From NCBI RefSeq assembly GCF_000143415.4, contig NW_003314391.1, forward strand, positions 310,001 through 374,000: DNA of 64,000 nt, in the 5' to 3' direction. This stretch comes from Selaginella moellendorffii (lineage: Eukaryota; Plantae; Lycopodiophyta). This document shows, piece after piece, positions 10,039 to 21,594 of this stretch (positions within the stretch are counted from its first letter, which is position 1; each line of letters opens with the position of its first letter). The translations under genes and the position numbers were made by a program. Below the pieces are notes generated by a model, which worked only from the letters and a program-made list of their open reading frames with translations, was not told the origin of the DNA and searched no databases.

Positions 10039-13000
10039 ATGGAGGTGGAGGTGAGGCGCGTTGCCAGCAGCGATGTCGGCTTCGTTGCGCTCCCGATGCA
10101 TGTAATTTACCTTCTCCAGCAAGGCGACGCGCATTTCACTTCCCTCCTGGTGCTGGAATTGAAGATTTCGCGTCCAGCGGCAGGCGATGGAGCCGCATTG
10201 GTTCCCTGGTTCGTGGCTTGGAGCGGCGCCACCTCCAATTCCATTTTCATCGAGGTATGTTCGTGGAGTTCCTGGGGGTGATCTTTCTTTCTTAGCACAA
10301 GCTTTGATGAAGGAAGGTTGCGGAGAGTCTAGCGCAATGCCTGGGGCTACCTGATCGAGCGAAGGTCACAGTTCGTGTTCGTATCGATTTACCACAAGCA
10401 CAGACTGTTCTAGTGGAGCCAGCGACGGAGGACGATTCGGAGATTTTGGAGCTCCACGCTGACTACCTTGAGACTCATATCTTAAACGAGGTATCCAGTT
10501 CGAACATATAGTCTTCTCGGTCTATTTTTTTGTCCTTCTATGTTGCTTCTAAGTTTTCTTATTCCAGGTTGGAGTGCTACAGGAGGGACGCCAGTTTCCT
10601 GTGTCAGTTCCAGGACAAGGGGTACTTGTGTTGCTTGCAAAATCCATCACTCCAAGGTCAGTGGTGAGTGTGTAGATTTATTCTGGTGTGAACCATAGAC
10701 TCGTCCTCATGGCAATCCTTTTCAGGTAAGACTCACGCGAGGGACGGAACTAGTTGTGTCTATCAAGAAGCGCCAACAGAACATCAAGCAAGGCCCGCAA
10801 TTTGGAAAAAGTATCTGGCTGCGAATCCAGGATATTGACGAGTCACTACATCAAGTTTGCAATATCGGAGGCAAAGAGCTCGCAGTTATTCCTACCGCTG
10901 CGGTTTACGTAAATTCAAGTACAGCGGAACGAGTCACCGTGGCAAATGGACAGTGGGTGCTGGTGAGAACAAGCCAGTCCTTTCCGAATGAAGAAACGAC
11001 TGATGAGCAGAAAAAGGTAACTAGATCGGCAGCTGTTCGTGTGATTTATTGGAGCGGAGCCACCGATGGCCATGCTGTGGTCTCAGCGCCTTTGCGGCAG
11101 TATTTGGGTGTTCAGCTCCACGGAGGTATAGCTTTTATATTCAATTTCAGCTTTTATATTCGCTTTTTTTTCTGCAGGGTTGTGTCTTCAATCCTTTCAC
11201 CAAACTAATCTGCTGCAAGCAACGAGTGTTCGCGTAACTCCGGTTATGTTTCACTCAGAAGAAAATCAAACAGATGGGAAGCAGCTCAAGCAAGTGATTT
11301 CTTCCGAGACAGTGGACGATAAGCTTACCTTGATTAGAGCTTGGATAAAAGCCCAACGAAGGACGTTGCACAACGCTTTCGGCGGTAATGATGGTACTTC
11401 CTGGCCGGCAACATCCTTGATAGCGCTTTCGGAAGCGCCTGCCAACAGACAGAAAAAAGAATCGATTTTTTTGTTGAGCCTACAGTGCGGAGGGCAGATG
11501 GACAACAATATGCTTGTACTCGACGCCCGCATACTAGACGACGAGAAGCCTGTCTTGGATTTACGGATTGAGCGTCTCCAGTATTTGTTCACGATTAGTA
11601 AGGAGGACCGTGACGTCGATATGCCTTCTTTCAAATCAGTCTGGGTTAAAGGAAGCGCTGACGAAGCTTTACAGCGTACGTGTTCCTGTTCTTGCTTGAT
11701 TGTTTTTCTTACAATTTTTTTTTCAGGACTTACCCTCCTGTTAACTCCAACTAGTCTGCAAAAGCTACGAGACATGGAAGTTGCGGTACCTGTTGGTATT
11801 CTTCTGTATGGACCAGCAGTAAGGAGACAGAAATATTACCCTTTGTGGAATGACGCCGTTGTGTTTGCAGGCGTGTGGAAAAACTCAGCTAGCTTTGTCT
11901 CTGGCACGGGAGCTCGGTGAAAACAAACAAATACAAGCGCATCGGTTTGTTATTATGTCTTTCCCCATTACGTGTTTTCTAACGCAATGGATTTGCTTGA
12001 CATAGGGTGATTCTGAAATGTGCTGAGCTTGTTGGTGAAGCAGAAAGTCCAACAAAACGCCGTCTGAAGGAAGCAGTTCTGGGAGCCATTCAGCATGCGC
12101 CTTCTTTGGTGGTGCTCGATGACCTGGACGCTCTTTTCTCGATTCATGAAGAAGGAGGAGTTGATATGTCAGCCACTTCTCTCGCGGAGTACCTTTCAGA
12201 TGTGATGGACAATGCTCAGGTGAAAGGTTCAGGCAACTTTAAAGTTTTACGTGCTCTTTTTTCTGTTCCACAGAGAACGGCTTCTGTCGCGTTTCTTGCA
12301 ACTGCAAGTGGACCAAAATCTCTTCCACTTTCTCTGCGCTCGTCAGGTATTCTACCTTCCAAGGCTAAACACGTTCACTTTGGACACTGATAATGCAGGA
12401 CGATTTGATTTTAGCGTTGAGCTAGAACCCCCTGGTATTCGTGAGCGAGAAGGCATTCTCGAGCAAATTATCGCAAGCCGAGGTTTTGAGTGTCCAAAAA
12501 CTATAACGAGTAGAGTGGCTGCCAAATGTGATGGATACGATGCAAATGATCTGGTAATGTGGTTTAGCTCATACTGTACTAGGTGCTGATTACTCATGGA
12601 ATCAGGAAATTATGGTGGACAGAGCTTTGCATGCTTCATCTGCCCGATATCTCGCAAAAAAGGCGGAGACGGAAACGGGCCGCAATTTTCACTTGACAGA
12701 CAGCGACCTGAACGACGCACTTCAAGGCCTTGTTCCGGCAGCACTCAAAGGAGTTGCCAAGGCGGGGAAAACTGGACCGATACTGGGATGGGATGATGTA
12801 GGTGGCCTGCAAGAAGTTTGCCGTGTGATTAGAGAGGTACTATTAACGTTGATTTGGATATCATCTGCCTCACTAGACTCGTATATTTGCAGCTGTTGGA
12901 ACTACCTGTGAGGTACCCAAAGCTTTTTGCTAGTGCACCTTTGCGGTTGCGTACTGGCGTTCTTCTATACGGTCCTCCTGGATGCGGAAAAACGCATGTT

Positions 13001-13978
13001 GTTGCGGCAGCTGCTGCGGCGTGCTCCCTCCGTTTTATTCCAGTGAAAGGTCCAGAGCTTCTTGACAAATACATTGGTGCTTCTGAAAAGGCGGTATGCT
13101 CTTTGAAAATATTTTGGGCTAGACCTTTGTTCCTTGTCCATCCAGGTTCGTGACGTTTTCGCGAGAGCAGCTGCGGCTGCTCCTTGCATCCTGTTCTTTG
13201 ACGAGTTCGACGCTATTGCTCCCAAGCGTGGTCACGACAATACCGGTGTTACAGATCGGGTTGTGAACCAGGTACACGAACTTTTAAGCCATTGCATTAA
13301 TAACTGTAGCATGCAGCTTCTAGCTGAGCTTGACGGGGTCTCAGCTTTAACGGGTGTTTTTACGTTCGCTGCTACCAAGTCAGTCAGCCTCTTATGAGAG
13401 TTGTTTGTGTAGCACTAATCGTTCTTTCTCTTGTAGCCGTCCTGATCTGATTGATGCGGCGCTGCTTCGACCTGGGCGACTCGACCATCTTTTGTTTTGC
13501 GATTTTCCTTCACAGGCCGAGAGGCTTGACATCCTACGTGTACTCTCCCGACATGTACGTACGCTTTCTTTTTGTTTTCTTTCTCTTGGCAGGCTTAACT
13601 TGATTTCCTTTTAAACAGCTTTCAATGGAAGATGACATTGACCTGCAGTACTTATCGCGTTTCTCAGAGGGTTTCAGTGGAGCAGATCTGAAAGCTGTTC
13701 TCTCAGACGCAGAACTAGAAGCAGTCCATTCGGCAATTGAAAGGCCAAGAGAAAAACACAACCAGCGCCCTGTAATAACGATGGAAATGCTCAAGTCAGC
13801 ACTTGCGCGGGCCATCCCGCTACAGGAGGCAGAAAGGAAGCGATTCGCCAGCATATACAGTACATTTACAAGCGGCAGATCGTCATCTAAGGTCCGTTGC
13901 TCTTACGTGTTTTGTTTTTCATCGTCTTGACGTTCTGGTTGATAGGATTCCAAGGGAAAGAAAGCAACGCTGGCCTAG
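10039..13978 (+). CDS. PEX1: Peroxisome biogenesis AAA ATPase PEX1 (multi-exon)
   Basis: N-terminal [31 protein letters not shown]; D2 [83 protein letters not shown]; ends GKKATLA*. Confidence 0.93.
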
Positions 13979-15104
13979 GAAAGAGAGAAGCAGACAAGCA
14001 CTCGGGTGAATGTATCTATCTTCGTGGACAGTAACATCAGGGCTTTTGCTAGAGGTATGTGAGGGTCGTGTTCCTTGCAAAAATGATTCGTCAACTGTAA
14101 CACCTGATCTGCAGGCCTACTTTGGGCTTCCTGATCATGCGAAAGTGGCTTGTACTGACGTGCCACCTCTACGAGTTTCCTGCCAAGGTTTGTAGGTAGC
14201 TAGCTTATATAAAAGCATTTCGCGTCACAAACTTAAGCTCAAAGCTCTCTTGTGCTGTGACAAAGTGATGGCCTGTTCCCAGGCCATAGCACAAGCGAGT
14301 GATAGTGTGAAGGTCTCTAAAAGCTGTGGCTTGTCTCCCTTCTGCGTGCTGACGTAGAAAAATTCACTGCAAGAATCCTCTCAAGGCCGTACGAGCTCTC
14401 CTGGTACGTGCTGGTTGTTTTCATTGTGATTGCCTGCCGAGAGCTGTGTGTGTATGTTCTCTATAATGGTCTTGTGTCGTCTTGTGCGATCTAAGGCTGC
14501 CTGGCTGGTTGGCGTCCTTCGCGTGAGCGTCTTGTATTCTCTTTTCTGTCCTTTTGGCTATGGCCACTATTAGAATGATAGCGTGGTTTAATTTGTCTCT
14601 AACGCCATGCTTGTTACGTCCTTACAGGTTTGTTGTGGAGAGCAATGTCTCTTTCTCCATTCGGGTCCACGAAGTTATGGGACATGCATGCCGGCTTCTT
14701 GCTGCTGGCATTTCCCCAGGGAAGGAAAAGCGACATACAGAAGTAAGTGGAGCTATACTCATTTAAGCATTGCGCAGCCGGAGAGACTTTGCCAACTGTT
14801 AAAGGGAAAGCAATGCTTTGCTTGAAGCAACAAACAGGTAACAAGATCCATTTCTAAATTATGATCGTCACACTGAGCATTCCCGTCCAGCTCCCGGCTT
14901 TGGAGCGTTTGGAGCGGTTCTCACTGTTTTATTCCACTGAAGTTACTACTTTGCTAAGCTAGCTGCAACAGTAGATCGAGTGCTAAGCAGCAGAGATAGT
15001 GCTCTCTGGTCCCCCAAGAGACGCGGGCCACAAGGAGAAGCTTTTCATGATACCCGGTAAAAGGTTCGTCCTGCAAAAGCAACCACCAATGCGTGGCTTG
15101 AAAC

Positions 15105-15884
15105 TTGGGGCGGTGTCGGCTCCAGAGAACTTGCGGTGTGCATTGCGCCAGTTCACTCTCAGTTCCGAGGGAGAGTGGCAGACGCATTTTTCCACCGCCA
15201 GCTGCTGATCAAAATCTCACTGTCAGTGTGACTCCACCCTGCAAAAACTGGGAGAAACTCGACTCCGAATTAAGAGAACAAATGGTGGAGGATTGCAGAT
15301 CCGAGCTCCAACAAGCTCCCGAAAGGCAAAGGACAAGAGAATTCACGAGCGAGCAGGCAGAGTTAGACGTTTTCGAGAGAGAGAAGGAAGAAGACACGAC
15401 ACGATCAGTAGCAGCAGCAGCAGCACCGGCCTTGAATTTGGAAACAAGGGAACCTAGGATCACATTTCTTCCGGCGGTGCAAGCAAGTGATAATTACACT
15501 GCTCGAGCTCAGCGGAGCATATCACCACCCAGGAAGTTCGCAAACCCGGCCCTCCTAGGTTCCTTTATTCCCAAACACAAGACAGAAGCCAGAGGTCCGT
15601 GTCTGGATGGATGGATCAAACCAAGAACGGAGTTCTTACAAGTCAAGGCGGCCCCCAACGAGAACAAGTGCTCAAGCGAAAGAAGTCTGATCGAGAAGAA
15701 CCATAGTTCGCAGATCCAGAAGAAGAACAGAAGAAGAAGAAGAAGAAGAAGAAGGAGAAGGAGAAGAAGAAGAAGAAGATCTTCGTTTCGACAAGAGGGA
15801 AGAAGAAGCAGATCTTCGTTTCAATCAACAAGAAGGAAGAAGAACACCAAACAAGAAAGAAGAAAACAAGCAGCAAATAGCTAA
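15105..15884 (+). CDS. Hypothetical ORF (possible last exon of an unknown gene) with Arg-rich end from a GAA microsatellite
   Basis: 259-codon open frame, no recognisable family; possible upstream exons at 14.3-15.0 kb. Confidence 0.3.
   Translation: MGRCRLQRTCGVHCASSLSVPRESGRRIFPPPAADQNLTVSVTPPCKNWEKLDSELREQMVEDCRSELQQAPERQRTREFTSEQAELDVFEREKEEDTTRSVAAAAAPALNLETREPRITFLPAVQASDNYTARAQRSISPPRKFANPALLGSFIPKHKTEARGPCLDGWIKPRTEFLQVKAAPNENKCSSERSLIEKNHSSQIQKKNRRRRRRRRRRRRRRRRRSSFRQEGRRSRSSFQSTRRKKNTKQERRKQAANS
15719..15778. repeat. (GAA)n microsatellite
   Basis: Run of AGAAGAAGA units. Confidence 0.85.
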
Positions 15885-16523
15885 ACACACGATTCAACAG
15901 ACACTGAGGCGACGGATCCTTGCACGCGAACTATTTATCCTCCGGCGAAGATGCTGGCGGTGCAAAGCAGGGGAGGCTCCATCTCCGGCTCTCTGTCTCT
16001 CTTTCACACACAGGGAGAGAAAAGAAAAACTTTCCATATTCATTAAAAAATTGAAGCTCTTACCGTTTCGAGAAAGCCCCTGTTTACGCGACCCGCGCAT
16101 CGAAGCCGTCCATTCTCAGAGAGCTTTCCATTTATATCCATGTCACGTCGCTATCGCCACCATTAAAACCAGCTTCCCGGAGCGCATTACGCTACACTAG
16201 CACCAAAGATTTCCATTTCCTCGCATTGCAATTTTTGAGAGTCAGTGCCACGGCTTCTAGGGTTTTTGTATCCAACGGCAAGCATCACGCCACGTGGAGC
16301 GGCATGAAGGCGCCAGTTAATCTTGTTAACTTTTTGCTTAATCCATTAACCATGGGTTAGTCAGCCTTTTATTTCGCGGATTTATTAATATAAACACCCT
16401 GGAAAACATTTCCCAGGGCCGTGAAATGCAACGAGACGAGAGAGTGACGAGAGAGACGCTCGTTCTTTTTGTTCTTCCTTCTTCCTGTTGCTGCTTTTTC
16501 GTGGCTCCCCGGAGTGATCTTGC

Positions 16524-17261
16524 TCACTTCTTGGAGCGGCGGGGCCGCTTGGATCCCCACACCTCGAATCTGGCGGCGGGGCAGCCACACCGAGCTCGAA
16601 AAACCAGCACCGCCCGCCCGTTTGGAGGAGCCATCCTCTTGAGCTCCGCCTCCAGCTCCTTTTGATCCTGCGCCAGCTGCAGCCCCTTGTCCAGCAGCAC
16701 AGCGTTGGTCGGCGGCGAGCTCTTGACGCACTCCTCCGTCTCGAGCTGGATGTCGCACTCCATGGCGTTTTTCAGCCCCTTGCACGACGGGTTGCCGCAC
16801 TTCCTCGACTTAAACTGGTACAGCTCCCACATCCCGATCACCGACGCCGAGGTGAGCACCGCCGCCAGCGCGTAGGCGACGGGAGCCTCGTACACGACCT
16901 CGCCGATGAAGAGGAACGTTGCCGGGAGGATCTCGATGATCTCGTTGCACACCAGCTTGAAGTATGGCGTGAAGAGGAAGGCGCAGGCGGCGAGAGCCAC
17001 CAAGAGGATGAGGATGTCGATGGCGGCGGTGGAGCAGCGGTCGCAAGGTGGCGATGATTGGTGGTGGTGGCTGTTTACGCCGCCGCCGCCACCATTTGCT
17101 TGCTTCTTTGATCTAACTGGTTTGTACCTGGTTGTGCTGCTGCTACTGCTGGTGCTGCTCGAGGAGCCGAAGGTCAGACGGTCCGAGAGCATGACGGACT
17201 TCACCATTCCACACTGCCGCTTGATGATTCTGCAAGCTCTTGACAGGCTCCGGCAGACCAT
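16524..17261 (-). CDS. At5g19025-like membrane protein ('ribosomal protein L34e superfamily' plant family)
   Basis: PCDRCSTAAIDILILL, two hydrophobic segments, KCGNPSCKGLKNAMECDIQLETEECVK, LEAELKRMAPPNGRAVLVFRARCGC. Confidence 0.85.
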   Translation of the reverse strand: MVCRSLSRACRIIKRQCGMVKSVMLSDRLTFGSSSSTSSSSSTTRYKPVRSKKQANGGGGGVNSHHHQSSPPCDRCSTAAIDILILLVALAACAFLFTPYFKLVCNEIIEILPATFLFIGEVVYEAPVAYALAAVLTSASVIGMWELYQFKSRKCGNPSCKGLKNAMECDIQLETEECVKSSPPTNAVLLDKGLQLAQDQKELEAELKRMAPPNGRAVLVFRARCGCPAARFEVWGSKRPRRSKK

Positions 17262-18084
17262 CCCCGCGTGCCAAGGCTAGGGCTGGAAAACACGAAAAGA
17301 GAAACTTAGTTTGGTCCCTTCTCCTCAAGGCACAGCACAAGAAAACCGCTAGAACAGAGTCCAAACAATCTAAGATTGACAAAAGGAGAGAATCTGAGCT
17401 GGAAAACACAGAGAAACTTAGTTTGAAAGAAAGCTCTCAAGGCATTTTAGAGGTGTAACGACAACCAGCAAGAAAACCACGAGAACAAAGTATCGAAAAA
17501 ACTCTAGATTGACAAGATGTGATCTCAAATCCCAGAAACCACAGTGCTCACAGAAAGAGTTGAAAAAAGAAAAGAAAGACACGAGAGTAAAATCAAGGAC
17601 AAAAGAAAAGACCACACAAACGATGAACGTTCCCAGAAAGAGTCAATCGGCAATGGATTCCGCGAGACGCAAGCTCACAAAGAAAGAGTTGCCCTAAAAA
17701 TCGAGATCTCAATTTCGCCATGCAATCCGGCTGCTCCGGCAGTGACACATACCTAGAAATGCGATCTGATCGCGCAAGATCCACGCAACAAAACCCTCGC
17801 CCTCGCGATCGCGCGACCCCGAATTCCGCCTCCGGCCGAAAGATTTGTGGCCAATTGGCGATGAGCCGATGAGCCTGGAAGAACCGCGGCTATGGCGCGC
17901 GGCTCGCCATCGGCATCGGCATCGCTAGCGCCATCGCAGCAGCACAGCCTCGGAAAGAATGTAAACCAGGAGAAAACGGACAAAGCAAAGACGAAAGAAA
18001 GAGATGAGGGCAAATGGAAGGAGAAAGTAAACGCGATTAATGACCTTTAGGGCTTTTTGCTGACGTATGCCCTAAAAGTCCCGT

Positions 18085-20292
18085 TTAAATCGCTTGCTCT
18101 AGGTTTAAGGGTCTTCGAGCAATGGTGTTTGCTAGAGCTACACACGAGCTCCCATTTCGTGGATCGATCGAGAGGATGTTCTTGGCGATATCTCGACCAA
18201 CATTTAGATTCGAGCTTCTCTCGCAAGATGCGAGGAGTGATCCACAAACCACAACGTCGGCGATGAATGGCATGTTGTCTATCAAATCTCTCGCCTCTCC
18301 AAGCTTGCCGGATCTCCCGAGAGCGTCAACCAGGCTGCAATAGTGTTCTTTGGACGCCACCATTTCATAGTTCTCGCCCATGGAGGAAAAGTAGGACAAG
18401 CTCTCGGATACGAGGCCGGCATGGCTGCATCCGGCGAGAATCTTTGAAAATGCCGCGGGATTCAGCTCGATTCCCTCCATTTCCATGCTCCTGAAGGCCT
18501 GGGTGGCAATGGATCTCCCCGCGAATCTGGAATATGCCGCGACCATGGTACACCACGACGTGGCGTCCCGCCTTGGCATCCTCTCAAAAGTGAGCTTTGC
18601 CGCGAGGAGATGCCCGTTCTGGGCATATGCCGCGACCATGGTGTTCCACGTCACCATGTCCCGCCATGGTAGCACCGCAAAGGTCGCCTCGGCTTGTTTG
18701 AGGTGAAGATTCTGTGAATATGCTGCTATGATCGCGTTCCAGGCCACCACGTCGCGCTCGCGGATGCCGTCGAAAGCTTCCTTCGCGCGGTCCAGATGCC
18801 CCCCGTGGCCGTAGGACGCAACCATAGCCGTGCACGTGGCGGCATTTTGTAAGGGCATGCGTCCAAACACCTGCTCGGATTCGTGCACGTGTCCTTGGAG
18901 TCCGTACGCTGCGATGAGGGACGTACACGACACGATGTCGTGCTCGGGCATGGAATCGAACACCAGCCTGGCCTGCTCCAGTTGACCCTTCTCGGAATAT
19001 GCGGTGACCAGCGTCGTCCAAGATGCGAGATTCCACTCCGGCATCAAGTCAAACCGCGACTTGGCATCTTCCAGATGGCCGCCCTGGGCAAATGCCGTCA
19101 AGAGCGCATTCCAGGAAAGAATATCTCTTTCGTTCATCGAGTCGAAAAGTCGTGATGCCGCGTTGGTCTCTCCGTACCGTCCGTACGCGCCAATCATGGT
19201 GTTCCCGCTGACCACATTGAATTCCGGCATGGCGTCCAGCGTGGCCCTAGCGGCGTCAATGACACCATCGCCGGCATATGCGCCCAGCATCAAGCTCCAC
19301 GAGGCAATGTCGCGCATGGGCATTTGCCGGAATAGGCTCTCCGATTCCCGCATATGCCCGGCTTGGGCATATGCCATTAGCATCGCGTTCCACGAGAAAA
19401 CGTCGTGCGTGGCCATTTCGTCAAACAGACGCTTCGCCTCATTCACGTTACCATGCTGTGCATGCATTGTAAGTACCGCATTGTACGACACTATGGTAAA
19501 CTCGGGAGATTCGTCAAAGATTCTCAACGCCTCGCTAATATGCCCTGCCTGGGCATATGCCGAGACCATGGCCGTCCAGGTCACCACGTCGCGGTCGGGC
19601 ATTCTATCAAAAACTACTTTTGCCTCGTCAAGATGCCCGCTTAAGGCATATGCCGAGAGCATCGACGTCCACGCACGCAAATCTCTCTGTGGCATTCTAT
19701 CGAAATAATCCTTTGCTTCGCTGACTAAACCATTTGTTCCAAATGCCTGGATGATTGTGTTCCAAGCAATTGGATCTGGATCTACGAGCCCATCAAATAA
19801 GAGCTTTGCTTTCGTGAGATCTCCTTTTTGGGCATAGAGGGATATCAAAGTCGTCCATGATACCATGCCCTTGACGGGCATTTGATCGAACAATCTCTGC
19901 GTTTCCTCGATAGATCCAAGACGAGCATACGCGGCGATCATCGAATTCCAGCACACCGAATTCTTCCAAGGGATTCGATCGAAGAAGTTTCTGGCCTGAT
20001 CGAGGCTGCCGCTATCAACGTAGGCGGACAGCATGATACCCCACGAGAAGGAATTGGGGCGGCGAATGGAATCAAACACCGATCGAGCTTCATCGATCGC
20101 TCCACACTTTCCATACAATTCGACGATGAGATTGGAGAGATACCTGTTCTGCGAATGCTGGCTCGCAGCGACGCGAGAGTGAGCGTCCCGGGCTCTCGAC
20201 ACATCACAAAGAACTCCACAGGATCTAATCAAGGTCGCGAGCTCGTCAACCTCGCAAAGCTCTTGAGATTTGGACTTTACGAGAGGTTTCAT
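18085..20292 (-). CDS. PLS/E-type PPR protein (single exon, no DYW domain)
   Basis: ATG at 20292; tandem PPR motifs; EHYCSLVDALGRSGKL...MPF. Confidence 0.92.
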   Translation of the reverse strand: MKPLVKSKSQELCEVDELATLIRSCGVLCDVSRARDAHSRVAASQHSQNRYLSNLIVELYGKCGAIDEARSVFDSIRRPNSFSWGIMLSAYVDSGSLDQARNFFDRIPWKNSVCWNSMIAAYARLGSIEETQRLFDQMPVKGMVSWTTLISLYAQKGDLTKAKLLFDGLVDPDPIAWNTIIQAFGTNGLVSEAKDYFDRMPQRDLRAWTSMLSAYALSGHLDEAKVVFDRMPDRDVVTWTAMVSAYAQAGHISEALRIFDESPEFTIVSYNAVLTMHAQHGNVNEAKRLFDEMATHDVFSWNAMLMAYAQAGHMRESESLFRQMPMRDIASWSLMLGAYAGDGVIDAARATLDAMPEFNVVSGNTMIGAYGRYGETNAASRLFDSMNERDILSWNALLTAFAQGGHLEDAKSRFDLMPEWNLASWTTLVTAYSEKGQLEQARLVFDSMPEHDIVSCTSLIAAYGLQGHVHESEQVFGRMPLQNAATCTAMVASYGHGGHLDRAKEAFDGIRERDVVAWNAIIAAYSQNLHLKQAEATFAVLPWRDMVTWNTMVAAYAQNGHLLAAKLTFERMPRRDATSWCTMVAAYSRFAGRSIATQAFRSMEMEGIELNPAAFSKILAGCSHAGLVSESLSYFSSMGENYEMVASKEHYCSLVDALGRSGKLGEARDLIDNMPFIADVVVCGSLLASCERSSNLNVGRDIAKNILSIDPRNGSSCVALANTIARRPLNLEQAI

Positions 20293-20361
20293 GATCACAC
20301 AACTTCATGAGATATTTGCGTGTATAAAAAAAAATCGAAGCACTCGTATCAATCTCTAGGC

Positions 20362-21594
20362 CTACGAGTTGATCGCGCGGCAATTCGATCGAACCTGCGT
20401 GGCTTCCGAGTTGACGACGCTGGTGAGCTTGACAAACGCTCGCGAGAATGTGTCGAAGAACAATCCCTGGTTCTGAGCAAACTTGGAAGTGTAGATCGAG
20501 GTCCTGGGATCGCTCTGGACAGCGGCATCAAGCGCGAAGAGCACCCGCCGCGAGGCAGCGTCCTTGAAGAACATGTTGTCGAATCTAAACATGGTTGAAT
20601 CGTTTGGGATGGCCGTGATGTTGAGGTAGAACTTTGGACTCGGGCACAACACTCGCAACGCCATCGAGTACATGAGATCCATCTTGGTATCAACGCTTGG
20701 ATAGAGCCGGTTGACAACGCTCAAGCAGTGCCCAACTCCAAGAGTGTGAGCTCCTGGAACCAAGTATATCACCAAGTATATCAGCCAAAGAGAAGGAAGA
20801 GCCGCTCGATCGATCGAAAGAAACTAGAGACTAAGACCAAGGAAACTATGGGAGAACACACTCACCGAGAAGAGACACAGCCTCTTGCGGGTTAATTCCC
20901 ATGGACGCGAAGTCTTGGAGAATTTCCTCCACGGAAGAAGTGGCAGTGGCAAGCTTGCGATTAGCGGTAGCGAGGTCCGCTCTCGTGCTATCTTTGCGAC
21001 CCGTTAGAACAGGAATGTTTGGTCCTCCAGCCTGCAAATTCTCGCTAAGGCAAACAAAGAAAAGAGAGGAAAGGAAAGATCTTCTTACCAGCAAGATGGA
21101 GTCTCGAGCAGCTAGAGCGATGATGTCAGCGCAAGAGACAGTGCGCGGGCAGCTCCCCTCCAACGACGCCTTGATCCTATCGATGAAATCCACGCGACGA
21201 ATGCCAAAGTTCTTGGGAGATTCCAGCTCGCTCTGAAACTGTGCAGTGGAATCCAAGATGATCGATGCATCGCAGCCCTGGAAAGCACAGAAGAATCGTC
21301 TAGATGATCCAAGAACACCTGTAAGGAAAGAATCCATACCATGACATCGCAATCGTGGAAGGCGAGGCGAAGCAATGCCGCTCCAGCGGTGGGATCTTGC
21401 ATGAGGAGCGTCATGAGCGTCTGGCGCACGATGGTCTCGGCATTGGGGCAGCTGGATCCGTAGTATCCCAATCGCAGTGAGGTGGAAGTGGAATTTCCCA
21501 GAGCTTGCGCCCGCGGTGACGACTCCTGATCCACTGCGCGGCAAGAGATTGCGAGGAGGAGGAGGAGAAGCAACGCGAAAGACGCCATTGCCAT
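20362..21594 (-). CDS. Class III secretory peroxidase (4 exons)
   Basis: Signal peptide, YYGSSCPNAETIV, LLRLAFHDCDV, GCDAS, VSCADIIALAARDS, LLGAHTLG, VRSNCRAIN*. Confidence 0.93.
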
